Program-made: the position numbers and the translations under genes
Part shown: positions 27,901 to 36,028 of the stretch, in pieces
How positions within the stretch are numbered: the first letter of the stretch is position 1
Layout of the letters: every line of letters begins with the position of its first letter
DNA from: an uncultured Smithella sp.
GTDB lineage: Bacteria > Desulfobacterota > Syntrophia > Syntrophales > Smithellaceae
Direction: 5' to 3'
Length of the DNA stretch: 64,000 bases
Assembly (NCBI GenBank): GCA_964547345.1
Contig: CAZJMX010000003.1
Location: forward strand, 24,800 to 88,799
Notes under the pieces: generated by a model
Databases searched by the model: none
What the model was told of the DNA's origin: nothing
What the model saw: only the letters and a program-made list of their open reading frames with translations

Positions 27901-28371
27901 ATCACCCGGTCAACAGAGGTTCTAGGAAAAATGCTTGGCGTCATGTCCAACGAATATGGAGCGCTGAAACGCCCGGCGGCGTGGCTTACAAGGCTTGGCG
28001 CTTTTGCCTGGGGATTGGTGGAAGCCTCCATCCCCAAAAGTTTACTCGACCTTCTGACCAGGAAACTGACGTCGCTTGTTACACTGATTGCCGTCATTCT
28101 GATTGCCGGCGGCATATTCATTCATGAAAATGCGGTAGAGAGAATCGGCATATGGCTGTTAATCGGCGCGCTCATTTTTACCCTGCTCAAATTTTATTTA
28201 AGAAGCTTTTTGATGAAAAGGAGGCTCCCTGCGCTCATCAGGCGCTTGCTTACGGCCCTGCTGGCGTTGGCGATATTTACCGTATTGGGCGTCGGCATTT
28301 TGTATTTGCCTGAAGCACTTAAGCGTTTGACGGACGCGCTGCAGGCGTTATACACCTCCGGCCTTAGATGA
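25000..28371 (+). CDS. patatin-like phospholipase with DUF3376-like region and C-terminal transmembrane helices
   Basis: MYGGVSLAVY oxyanion region, GTSAG (GxSxG) nucleophile, FADGGYLDN catalytic Asp, FGAFLDRTWRKNDILWGRLDG (DUF3376-like), four hydrophobic helices in the last 150 aa or so. ATG at 25000 preferred over 24898. Confidence 0.75.
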   Translation: MNDSDLKKETRFAVIMYGGVSLAVYINGIAQELYRMVSATANPSDASANPRPWGSEPVYKKIGAMLKTRFVVDILSGTSAGGINGIFLAKALANGQSFKSLEQLWLDEGNIEVLINDEKSKDRGCRADVAYPRSLLNSERMYNHLRDAFDQMDENPSKAGKAGAPLVDELDLYVTATDLQGFPVPLKLSDIVVLEKEHRNTFHFHFKKGSASDNDFIRDNNPFLAFAARCTSAFPFAFEPIRLQDIPESARHPQWSRFYEKYLLDSDHCGKNAPPDLPVINGKYDVFTKRSFADGGYLDNKPFSYAINAITSRSSGVPIDRKLIYIEPSPDVEPDPCTVEGPPNAVENVGKVFSLAIYETIQEDLRRVIDRNRLIERVNRILKGTTDDFLKKEGGPETAVHWYGSYLKDMIAREGIHYGGYLRLRVAQLTDDLTEIITRHAGFDVQSDFFLAVRYIVRAWRDARYEYDRADDAKASGKKSFNRFLYDHDLGFMIRRLGYTISVIDTVLSLAEIWRQAAYREKLPDAEKGRLIQEYGELFFAVVEPLKTPEEIDNFVGRLRDIRRELSQKREAIYDLHAMLFSPGKRKAPSDEMQRLMKAFGDVKIKPAEMMEKILGKSSESGKHPTARSESESYNAARILIEEAGRIGQLDRVADIVRQVVRKADDCMSAAKVKLGLEMISGRDQRETASVTFKALSVPATVAEMLDDQALTATKEFEHWAQMEKASRLATWLPAIFFRRFMWYDEIAYPIIQFSGVGQELDEVEIVRISPNDAQSLSDRGVNKLGGTALMHFGAFLDRTWRKNDILWGRLDGAERIIKALLAGADEKAIDDLVKEAHLAIIQETFFERREDDQGGEDRLRVQETIDLLLQFILGKNNEERRNKKLKVMSGQNRGLYKAIQDLMDKISRGEVGQEKGCRCNRAADDEIVKSILGKILGGKITKETIYYWLKGYEVNKDVNPQLALESITRSTEVLGKMLGVMSNEYGALKRPAAWLTRLGAFAWGLVEASIPKSLLDLLTRKLTSLVTLIAVILIAGGIFIHENAVERIGIWLLIGALIFTLLKFYLRSFLMKRRLPALIRRLLTALLALAIFTVLGVGILYLPEALKRLTDALQALYTSGLR

Positions 28372-28379
28372 AGAAAACG

Positions 28380-28424
28380 GGCGGCCGCAGCTCGCTTTCC
28401 GGCCCAGGATGTTTGCGAGGTTGA
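28380..28424 (+). repeat. right copy of 45-bp direct repeat (orphan sbcC 3' end)
   Basis: ggcggccgcagctcgctttccggcccaggatgtttgcgaggttga still reads GGRSSLSGPGCLRG*. Both differences from the left copy are synonymous third positions (ccc/cca, ggc/gga). Confidence 0.85.
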
Positions 28425-28426
28425 TG

Positions 28427-29053
28427 TTACTCCGGATGCCCGGGGCTCTCCTGCTTTTTTGCCGTTTTGTGTCCTTCTTCCAGGATATAGGCAATTTTAT
28501 CCGCCTGAAGATCATAGGCGCGCTGGATTTGTTCCTCTTCGGATGAAAAAAGATCGGCAGCATCGATTTTCATCAGTTTCATTAAGCGGTGTTCCGTATC
28601 ACGGTTGTCTTCCAGCGATCCGTCTTCCAGAATATGACGGATGTGGATGATCGGCCTACGCAGATTGCGGCAGATCAGCAGCATCCGGTGGCAGGTGAGG
28701 GGGTCCTTTTCGGCGCACATCAGCGCGATACGATGGGTCTCCATGCCCTTTTGCAGACGGCTCAGCCCCTGCTGAAAGATTTCTTTTTCGGCAATACGCT
28801 GATATTGGACCTTGCCGTTTTCATAGCACGATAAATCGGAGCTTCTCGGCCCCAGCTCAGCGCCCAGGTAGATGTACCTGATGCCGTGTTTCAAGACGTC
28901 TTCTTTGATGGATTCGCGGTTGAATTGAGGCGAATGGCGGCTGTAAGGGCTTGACCGGACATCGCACAGGGCGTTGACGGCATGTTGCTTGAGCAGAGCA
29001 ACAAACCCTTCAACGGTGTGAACCGAATGCCCGATGGTGAACAGCTCTTTCAT
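28427..29053 (-). CDS. DUF488-family protein
   Basis: LFTIGHS...LCDVRSSPYSR...YLGAELGPRS pattern characteristic of DUF488. Confidence 0.65.
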   Translation of the reverse strand: MKELFTIGHSVHTVEGFVALLKQHAVNALCDVRSSPYSRHSPQFNRESIKEDVLKHGIRYIYLGAELGPRSSDLSCYENGKVQYQRIAEKEIFQQGLSRLQKGMETHRIALMCAEKDPLTCHRMLLICRNLRRPIIHIRHILEDGSLEDNRDTEHRLMKLMKIDAADLFSSEEEQIQRAYDLQADKIAYILEEGHKTAKKQESPGHPE

Positions 29054-29286
29054 TTTCGATCCTTTGTTTTATAACGACCGCAACCCGTTTATAGCAAAAG
29101 CCGTTTGGCGGCCGGGGATATTGCCCAAAAGATGCCGGTGAACGTCCATCATCTGCGCGTGGATAAAGGCGAAATCAGCGCCTTTGATCTGGCGAATGAG
29201 GGGTTCGTGAGCGCAAAGAACAATGCCGGTAGCGAAAAATGGGTGCGGCGGTTTCGGATGAATGGTTTTGAAGGCGGAAAGCCGCC

Positions 29287-29466
29287 TTATTTCTTTTTGT
29301 AAATGTTCAAGCCGATCTTGATGGCATCTTTTTCCGGAATGGAGATGTTTCCTTCCGTAGAGGCAATGATGATGGTCTTTCCCGACGCCGACGGGCCAAA
29401 TTCTTTGGTCAGATCGACTTTAATCGTCAGGATATTTTCTTCCACTTTCATTTCGACGTTTTTCAT
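29287..29466 (-). CDS. small hypothetical protein (59 aa; below the ORF-track cut-off)
   Basis: AAAGGAGG 5 nt upstream of ATG. MKNVEMKVEENILTIKVDLTKEFGPSASGKTIIIASTEGNISIPEKDAIKIGLNIYKKK. A GC hairpin (aaggcgg/ccgcctt) lies next to the stop. Confidence 0.45.
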   Translation of the reverse strand: MKNVEMKVEENILTIKVDLTKEFGPSASGKTIIIASTEGNISIPEKDAIKIGLNIYKKK

Positions 29467-29576
29467 GTCAATCCTCCTTTGTTTCTTCGATCATTGGTTT
29501 TGTTTGACGAGTTGGCGACACGACGACAATGTTTTTCCCAATATCACGTCAGTATCAAAATGACAAACGTCATCAT

Positions 29577-30680
29577 TTATTCAAGACTTCTCAAAAGCTC
29601 ACTGGCAATGGCTGCGCTTTCCAGGCGCATGAGCGTTTCTTCGGAGTGGCCGTAACCCAGCAGATTGATGCTGCCGTACCAGACAATTCTCCGGTCGAAA
29701 ATCGCAAATTTTTGGTGAATGCCGGATTGAATAACAAGAGAAATGCCCAGGGATTTCAAGTTGGCAAATAGCTCCTGGAGCGCCATGGGGTCTTTGGATT
29801 CTTCGGCAGGCCGTGTCAGAAGGGTTACGTTGATTTGCTTTTGTAAAGCGGTTCGGAGAAGGGGGATGGCTTGCTGAAGTCTTCGTTTCGTTACAAAGGG
29901 GCTGACGATGAGAATTTCTTTGCCGGCTGCGGCTAAATCGTTTTCGTAAACCGGTCGGAAATTGTGCTGATCGAAAATAAGATTTACAGAGTGCTCGTCA
30001 ATATCCTCCCCTTTGACTTTATAACCGAGCGATGCATAACCGGCAAGCCTCTTGTGGTACATCTTCGCAAATACCCGAACCTGGCTGTCCACATAATCAA
30101 AAATCTGCACATTTTCCTTGCCGTCAAAAAGACGGTGCAGGCGGCCCGCATACTGCTGAACGGTTCCCTTCCAAGAGATCGACATGGCAAGAAACAGCGT
30201 GTCGAGCCTTGGCTCATCAAAGCCTTCGCCGATGTATTTTCCGGTTGCCAGTAATATCAAAGGCTGGCCCGGCGGTATTTCTTTGATTTTCAGAAATGCG
30301 GCTTTTTTATCTTTGGCGCTTGCATTGCCGGTGAGCGATATGACGTCGGGAATTTGCCCTTGCAGCATTTTGCTGAGAACCTCGACATGTGCGGTTCTTT
30401 CCGTCAGCACAAGGCAGTTTCTGCCTCGGGCATGGCTCTTAACGACGTCATCGGTAAGAAAACGGTTTCTCCAGTCATCCAGTGCAATCTCGGAATACAA
30501 TCCCTGAATGGTTGCGTCTTTCCCATCCGTCTCATATGCTGATCGAAAACTCGTAAATCTTGGAATCACGTAATGTTCAAACGGCCGCAATTCGGCCTGC
30601 TGTCTGGCATCCACCCGATAGCGGACGGGGCCGCAATGATCACTCTCTTTTCCCGTTCCACATTCATGGTGGACAATCAA
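29577..30680 (-). pseudogene. 5'-truncated SF2 helicase (helicase-C domain only) fused to a PLD/HKD nuclease domain
   Basis: Helicase C motifs (LLATGKYIGEGFDEPRLDTLF, QQYAGRLHR) and HKD motif (GIHQKFAIFD...YGSINLL). No Walker A or DEAD region. The ORF begins at a non-ATG codon right after an in-frame stop. Confidence 0.55.
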
Positions 30681-30821
30681 ACGAGGCTTTCGGCGGTGCT
30701 CGATGCCATCCAGGCGACGTTCTTTGCCATTCTCTTCGACGCGGAAAAGACCATGGATAAGATAAACGGAGAAATCATGGAAGCGCTGAAGGGGTACAAA
30801 AGGAAAGTCAGATGACGTTGG

Positions 30822-31439
30822 GTGAAAAGTATGTTGCGAGGTTTGAAAAGAATGCTGGTTTGTGTCTCTTTATGCTTGTTGATCTTCATATGTCTGATCG
30901 GTAACAGCCATGCTTTTGATCTTCCCACTGCCGCTTGGCACAGGGGCGACACGTCGTTCGCCCAGGAAAATTCGCGTTCGGCGGTGTTCAAGGCCCTCCA
31001 TTCAACCTCTCAGAATATCGAGGTGGACATCATCGACTTCATCGATCAAAACGGCAACCGGGTGGGACTGGTTTCGCATGACTACAAGATGAAAAGAGCC
31101 ACGGGACTGAGAGGCGCTTTCAGCGAGCGATATAACGATCCGGCTGAACTGCCGAAGAACCGGGCCAAACCCAATATAACACCAGAGCCATTTATGACGG
31201 TTGTGGAGTTATTCGACATGATCAAGGCCAGAAAAGACCAGGGAGTGACTCCGATGGTTTCATTGGACATGAAAGATGAAAGCAAAAAAGCCGAGGAGTT
31301 TGGTCAATGGGTTGGCAATCTTATTCGGCAATACGGTTTCCAAAATAACGTCTTCGCCTCTTCCTTTTTCAGGCGTTATGGGAGTTTGATCAACTGCTTC
31401 TTGACGACACGAACCGCGCTGTCAAGAAAACACTCATGA
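30822..31439 (+). CDS. glycerophosphodiester-phosphodiesterase (GDPD)-like secreted protein, possibly 3'-truncated
   Basis: Signal peptide, then HRGD...ENS...EVD...VSHD GDPD-type motifs. Only 205 aa, and the C-terminus reads as junk. Confidence 0.45.
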   Translation: MKSMLRGLKRMLVCVSLCLLIFICLIGNSHAFDLPTAAWHRGDTSFAQENSRSAVFKALHSTSQNIEVDIIDFIDQNGNRVGLVSHDYKMKRATGLRGAFSERYNDPAELPKNRAKPNITPEPFMTVVELFDMIKARKDQGVTPMVSLDMKDESKKAEEFGQWVGNLIRQYGFQNNVFASSFFRRYGSLINCFLTTRTALSRKHS

Positions 31440-32557
31440 TGATCGATTGGCTTACCGCCGCTGGAACAAAGGACATTGAAAAAAAATACCAGCTTTTCAG
31501 CGGCGTTATCAAGCGGGTTGGGGAGGATTTCATCTGGCTGGCCGAAACACTGGCCGCCCTGGCCAGAGTTGCCGGCTGGGAAGAACGTTTTGTCCGGTTG
31601 CTTGTCTGCCTGTCGCAGTGCCTGATCCACGGCGTAACCAAAAAGGGCTTGGCGCTTTCTTCCATTCGCATCCGCGGTCTGGGCCGGACATATATTAATC
31701 GACTCATTGCCGAAGGATACGACACCCCGGAGGCAATAGCCGACCTATCCCTGGTGGGACTGGAAAGATTACTTCCCAAACACCTGGCAGAGCGCCTCTA
31801 CCGTTATTACCACAAGAAATATCCAGTGCAGGGAGAGTCGACGGAATGGGCGACAAGCTTGGTTCACGATGTGGGAGATTCCGGATACACCGCTAAAGCA
31901 GCCAATCAATTGAAGCCGGATTCAGAAAGCATGTCGCCGGCAGCAGCGTCATTGGCTGTTCCGGCATCAACGTCAGAAGCAACATTAGCGGCAGCACCGG
32001 AACCGGCGATGACCACGACGACCACCACAACCATCATCACGACCAAAACCGCGCCCCCGGCCAGTGATATCTCTTTTCCCCGTCACCTTGCCGACATTCT
32101 CCAGTGTAAAAGTCTTCTTTTTGCCCTGCGCACCCGCCTTGCCGATACCAAAGACTTGCGGGAATTGATCGCCGATCCGCCGATAATTTTCATGGATGAA
32201 CGTCAGCAGCTTTTTTTCTATCGGGGCATTCCGATCAAGCTACAACCGGCGTGCTTTCGTTACTTGCTTCTTTTGACTGAAAAGCCGAAACAGATTGTCG
32301 CACGTGACGAAATCTACCACCGCCTCTGGCCCGGTCCCATGAATTATGATGGTTCCAACAAACCTTACGACCGCCAGATCTCCGACCACAAGCGCCGCTG
32401 TATCGCCCAGATCATGAAAGGTATCACGGGGAAAATCGATTTAGTGCCGCGTGAACTGGAATGCCTCATCTTAACACGGCCAAAGGTGGGGTACATGCTG
32501 AATGTAGGGCAAGAGGCGGTACTGATTCTCCCTCCGCGATGCCTGGACATGATTTAA
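31436..32557 (+). CDS. probable gene remnant or chimera: Hel308/Ski2-type helicase C-terminal (HhH) segment, poly-Thr linker, OmpR-type winged-helix domain
   Basis: IRIRGLGRTYINRLIAEGYDTPEAIADL (HhH). The in-frame upstream extension to 31349 (ALWEFDQLLLDDTNRAVKKTL) also looks helicase-derived. C-terminal FFYRGIPIKLQPACFRYLLLL...IVARDEIYHRLW resembles trans_reg_C. Confidence 0.4.
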   Translation: MMIDWLTAAGTKDIEKKYQLFSGVIKRVGEDFIWLAETLAALARVAGWEERFVRLLVCLSQCLIHGVTKKGLALSSIRIRGLGRTYINRLIAEGYDTPEAIADLSLVGLERLLPKHLAERLYRYYHKKYPVQGESTEWATSLVHDVGDSGYTAKAANQLKPDSESMSPAAASLAVPASTSEATLAAAPEPAMTTTTTTTIITTKTAPPASDISFPRHLADILQCKSLLFALRTRLADTKDLRELIADPPIIFMDERQQLFFYRGIPIKLQPACFRYLLLLTEKPKQIVARDEIYHRLWPGPMNYDGSNKPYDRQISDHKRRCIAQIMKGITGKIDLVPRELECLILTRPKVGYMLNVGQEAVLILPPRCLDMI

Positions 32558-32632
32558 GACATATTTTACTTGATAAATTATGATTATGCTGTATTTATAT
32601 AGCCTTACTAAATATCAAGGCCGGACATTTTT

Positions 32633-33811
32633 ATGGACATTTCTAAAGACAAAGTATCATCTGATAATTTCAGGAATCTTGTAGAAACCTCTCGGTTTGG
32701 TCCATTTTCTTTTCAAATTGGTGTGAATGAGCATGAGACGGAAATGCTTCTACAGCGTGTTGCCGATGCACAGTTGCGGTTCTTGAGTTCGCCCCTTTCC
32801 CAGGTTGCCAACCGCCTGGAACAGGAAGTTCTGGTCAGCAGTATATTCGGCACGAACACTATTGAGGGCGGGACGCTTAGTGAAGAAGAAACGAAAGATG
32901 CCCTCGATATCGATCCTGCGCAGGTGCAGGCCCAAGAGCAGCGACGTGTTGTCAATATCAAGACGGCTTATGATGTTGCTCAGAATTCAGCACAGGTTCC
33001 CCACTGGAATTTGTCGGTCGATTTCATGAAACAGATCCATGCCGCCATTACGGATGGCATTATCCACAAGTTCAGTCGGCCGGGCGTGATACGGAGTAAC
33101 CCAAAAAATATTGTCACCCGCGTTGGTGACACCGCGCATGGCGGCATCTATAAACCGCCGCAGTATGGAGGTGATATTGAGCTTTTGCTCGATCATCTGG
33201 CGGTATGGCACAATAAATTGGCGGATGCTGAAATACCGGCATTGATTCGCGCGCCACTGGTTCATTACTATTTTGAATTGATTCATCCTTTTTGGGACGG
33301 CAACGGCCGTGTCGGCCGCGTGCTGGAAGCGACGGTGCTGCACAGCGCTGGTTTCCGATATGCTCCTTTCACCATGGCCCGCTACTACATGGAGCGAATT
33401 GACCGGTACTTCACGCTCTTCAATCTTTGCCGCAAGCAAGCTGAGAAAAAGATGGCAGGCCCCAACACGCCTTTTGTCCTGTTTCATCTCGAAGGCATGC
33501 TTGCGGGTATTAATCGACTTCACGACCGGGTGAACGTCATCGTCAGACTGCTTTTATTCGAAACACGTATAAAGCACCTGCGAGATACAAAGGAAATTAA
33601 TCTGCGCCAATATGCCATTCTGACGCAGGTGATCGAGCGCGACAAACCAATAAAGATTGATGAACTGCGCCGCGCACCCTGGTTTGAGGCCCTCTATGCC
33701 AGACTGGGCGATAAGACCAAACAGCGTGACTTAAGCAGGCTTCGTGAGCAGGAACTTCTGTTTGTGGATGAAAAAGGCATCGTCTGGCCGGGATTTGTGC
33801 GAGGAAAATAA
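32633..33811 (+). CDS. Fic-family protein (AMPylase-type) with intramolecular inhibitory motif
   Basis: HPFWDGNGRVGR Fic motif. N-terminal TNTIEG matches the [S/T]xxxE[G/N] inhibitory helix. Confidence 0.85.
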   Translation: MDISKDKVSSDNFRNLVETSRFGPFSFQIGVNEHETEMLLQRVADAQLRFLSSPLSQVANRLEQEVLVSSIFGTNTIEGGTLSEEETKDALDIDPAQVQAQEQRRVVNIKTAYDVAQNSAQVPHWNLSVDFMKQIHAAITDGIIHKFSRPGVIRSNPKNIVTRVGDTAHGGIYKPPQYGGDIELLLDHLAVWHNKLADAEIPALIRAPLVHYYFELIHPFWDGNGRVGRVLEATVLHSAGFRYAPFTMARYYMERIDRYFTLFNLCRKQAEKKMAGPNTPFVLFHLEGMLAGINRLHDRVNVIVRLLLFETRIKHLRDTKEINLRQYAILTQVIERDKPIKIDELRRAPWFEALYARLGDKTKQRDLSRLREQELLFVDEKGIVWPGFVRGK

Positions 33812-33888
33812 AAATCAAATTCCCGGATTTCCGATCGCAAAGTCGGTTATGCCATACCGATCCAGAAATAATACTTGACGCGTTTATT

Positions 33889-33917
33889 CATAACCCGCAA
33901 GAAATTTGCGGGTTATG
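33889..33917. repeat. perfect 12-bp inverted repeat (cataacccgcaa/ttgcgggttatg), 5-nt loop
   Basis: Read directly from the sequence. No U-tract on either strand, so it is not a canonical terminator. Lies about 40 bp upstream of the abiE promoter. Confidence 0.6.
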
Positions 33918-33958
33918 AGAATCAAAATCAAGTTCAACCTGACGGGTATAAATTCGAA

Positions 33959-33987
33959 TTGACAATATCTTTTATTACACGTAATAT
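33959..33987 (+). promoter_or_regulatory. sigma70-like promoter of abiEi-abiEii
   Basis: TTGACA, 17 bp spacer, TAATAT. An imperfect palindrome acacgtaatataattgcgtgt overlaps the -10. Confidence 0.5.
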
Positions 33988-34027
33988 AATTGCGTGTTAA
34001 ATTAATAAATGTCATAAGCGAGCTGTC

Positions 34028-34834
34028 ATGAAACTGAGGGCTTTTTTCCGCAACCATCCTGTTTTTACTGTCGAGGACTTTGCCGGTTTTCTGTCTTCCG
34101 ATGGAACACATAATCTGAGAACGCAGGAATCTCTTCTTGCCTACCATGTGAAAGCAGGAAATATCGTTCGTGTCCGTCGTGGCCTTTATACATCGGTGCC
34201 CCCGGGGGCGTCTGCGGAAACCTATCCGGTCGATCCATATCTTCTTGCCTCCAAAATGGCAAAGGACGCAGTTCTGGCCTACCATACGGCCTTGGAGTTT
34301 CACGGCAAGGCTTATTCAGTGTATGAGCGATTCACGTATCTCAGCAGAAAACCCATGCTCCTCGTCAGCTTTCGCGCTCATCAGTTCAAATGCGTCAGCT
34401 TGCCCAAGGCCCTTGTCCAAAAAAATGCAACATCCTTCAACGTAATAAAAGCTGATCAGTCGGGGATGGCAATATCTGTGACCGGTCTGGAGAGGACCTT
34501 TGTGGATGTCCTGAACCGGCCAGACCTGACGGGAAGTTGGGAAGAGATATGGCGCTCTCTGGAATCCGTTGAGTATTTCGATCTTGAAAAGATTGCCTCA
34601 TACGTTGATTTCCTCGGCAACGCCACCACGGCCGCGAAGGTCGGTTTCTTTCTCGAACAACACCGGGAATCCCTGATGGTCGATGAAACGTACTTGAAAA
34701 CGTTGCGCGAGCGGCGGCCGCGCCGACCGCATTATCTGGAGCGCAGCCGAAGGCAGGCGGGCCGTCTTGTTGCCGACTGGAACCTTGTCGTGCCAGAAGA
34801 GGTTTATGGAAGAACATGGGAGGAACAACTGTGA
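34028..34834 (+). CDS. abiEi: AbiEi-family type IV TA antitoxin / transcriptional regulator
   Basis: N-terminal wHTH-like segment ...GNIVRVRRGLYTS, size 268 aa, directly coupled to the AbiEii gene. Confidence 0.75.
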   Translation: MKLRAFFRNHPVFTVEDFAGFLSSDGTHNLRTQESLLAYHVKAGNIVRVRRGLYTSVPPGASAETYPVDPYLLASKMAKDAVLAYHTALEFHGKAYSVYERFTYLSRKPMLLVSFRAHQFKCVSLPKALVQKNATSFNVIKADQSGMAISVTGLERTFVDVLNRPDLTGSWEEIWRSLESVEYFDLEKIASYVDFLGNATTAAKVGFFLEQHRESLMVDETYLKTLRERRPRRPHYLERSRRQAGRLVADWNLVVPEEVYGRTWEEQL

Positions 34835-35793
34835 AGATTTCTCCCGAGACGCTCATCAAACAAGCGGAGGCCACCGGATTCCGGCCGGACATGCTCGAAA
34901 AAGTAGGTCTGCTGCTGCAACTGCTCGATGCGATCCGTAATCACCCCTTTTTGAAAAACAAGCTGGTACTCAAAGGCGGCACAGCCCTGAACCTTTTTAT
35001 TTTCGATGTCCCGCGCCTCTCTATCGACATCGATCTCAATTATGTGGGCGCAGCGGATCGGGAGGCCATGCTTTTAGAGCGGCCCAAGGTTGAGGAAGCG
35101 CTGCAAGCCGTGTTTTCCCGCGAAGGATTTACAGTCCGGCGCGTGCCGGCGGAGCATGCGGGTGGAAAATGGCAGCTTCGCTATCCCGCTGCCAGCGGCC
35201 AGGGCGGCAACCTGGAAGTTGATGTCAACTTCATGTTCCGAATCCCCTTATGGCCGATACAAACTATGGATTCGCGACCAGTCGGCATCTGGCAGGCTGC
35301 GGGCATTGCCGTGGTCGACATGCACGAGCTTGCGGCGGGCAAACTTACGGCGCTGCTGTCCCGGCGGCAGGCTAGGGACCTGTTTGATTGCAGCAATCTC
35401 TTTCACCTGGATGGTCTTGATCGGGAACGCCTGCGCCTGGCGTTTGTCGTCTATGGCGCCATGAGCCGCAAGGACTGGAGAACCGTCACCCCCGGCGATG
35501 TGGATTTTGACATCGCCGATCTGGATCAAAAGCTGATACCCACCCTGCGAGCCTCAGGGATAGAAAGAATACAGAAGGATCATTTCGGCAAGAGCCTTGT
35601 TGCAGACTGCCGCAATTTTCTGGCCGAACTGCTACCATTTACAAAGTTGGAGATGGACTTTCTCGATCAGGTCCTGGACAAAGGAAAGATAGCCCCGGAG
35701 CTGCTGACCGACGATGCAAACATGCAGGATCGCATCAGAAGCCACCCGCTTCTTGAATGGAAAGCCATGAATGTGCGGGAATTTAAGAAATGA
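34816..35793 (+). CDS. abiEii: AbiEii/AbiGii nucleotidyltransferase toxin (DUF1814)
   Basis: LVLKGGTALNLF and LSIDIDLNY nucleotidyltransferase motifs. An alternative GTG start at 34831 overlaps the abiEi stop (GTGA). Confidence 0.8.
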   Translation: MGGTTVKISPETLIKQAEATGFRPDMLEKVGLLLQLLDAIRNHPFLKNKLVLKGGTALNLFIFDVPRLSIDIDLNYVGAADREAMLLERPKVEEALQAVFSREGFTVRRVPAEHAGGKWQLRYPAASGQGGNLEVDVNFMFRIPLWPIQTMDSRPVGIWQAAGIAVVDMHELAAGKLTALLSRRQARDLFDCSNLFHLDGLDRERLRLAFVVYGAMSRKDWRTVTPGDVDFDIADLDQKLIPTLRASGIERIQKDHFGKSLVADCRNFLAELLPFTKLEMDFLDQVLDKGKIAPELLTDDANMQDRIRSHPLLEWKAMNVREFKK

Positions 35794-36028
35794 TTAAATT
35801 TTAGCGCTCATCTTTGCCAGGCCGAAGGTGTGACTTTTACGAAAACATTAGTGTCTATCTTTTACAACCTATCTCAGTAGGATCAATATTCGTTAGGCGG
35901 TCATTGATATTGAAATTGCCTGTAACAACTGCTAATAAACCCCCGCAGGGTTGGAGGCTTCTTTCCGAGGCCGTTGAGTTATGTGATAAGGCGTAAAATA
36001 TAATGATTTCATTCCGGTATAATATTTC

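Noticed and set aside
29105-29302. 65-aa plus-strand ORF between DUF488 and the 59-aa gene
   Set aside because: It has a non-ATG start, no SD and no recognisable motif. It overlaps the better-supported minus-strand small gene and its hairpin.
31990-32060. accacgacgaccaccacaaccatcatcacgacc tract as a possible tandem DNA repeat or contingency locus
   Set aside because: It is an imperfect ACN codon run encoding a poly-Thr linker (TTTTTTIITTKT). It is not a clean microsatellite, so it was kept only as a linker note.
33884-34303. 139-aa minus-strand ORF overlapping the abiEi start
   Set aside because: It is antisense to a well-supported AbiEi gene and its promoter, and has no motifs.
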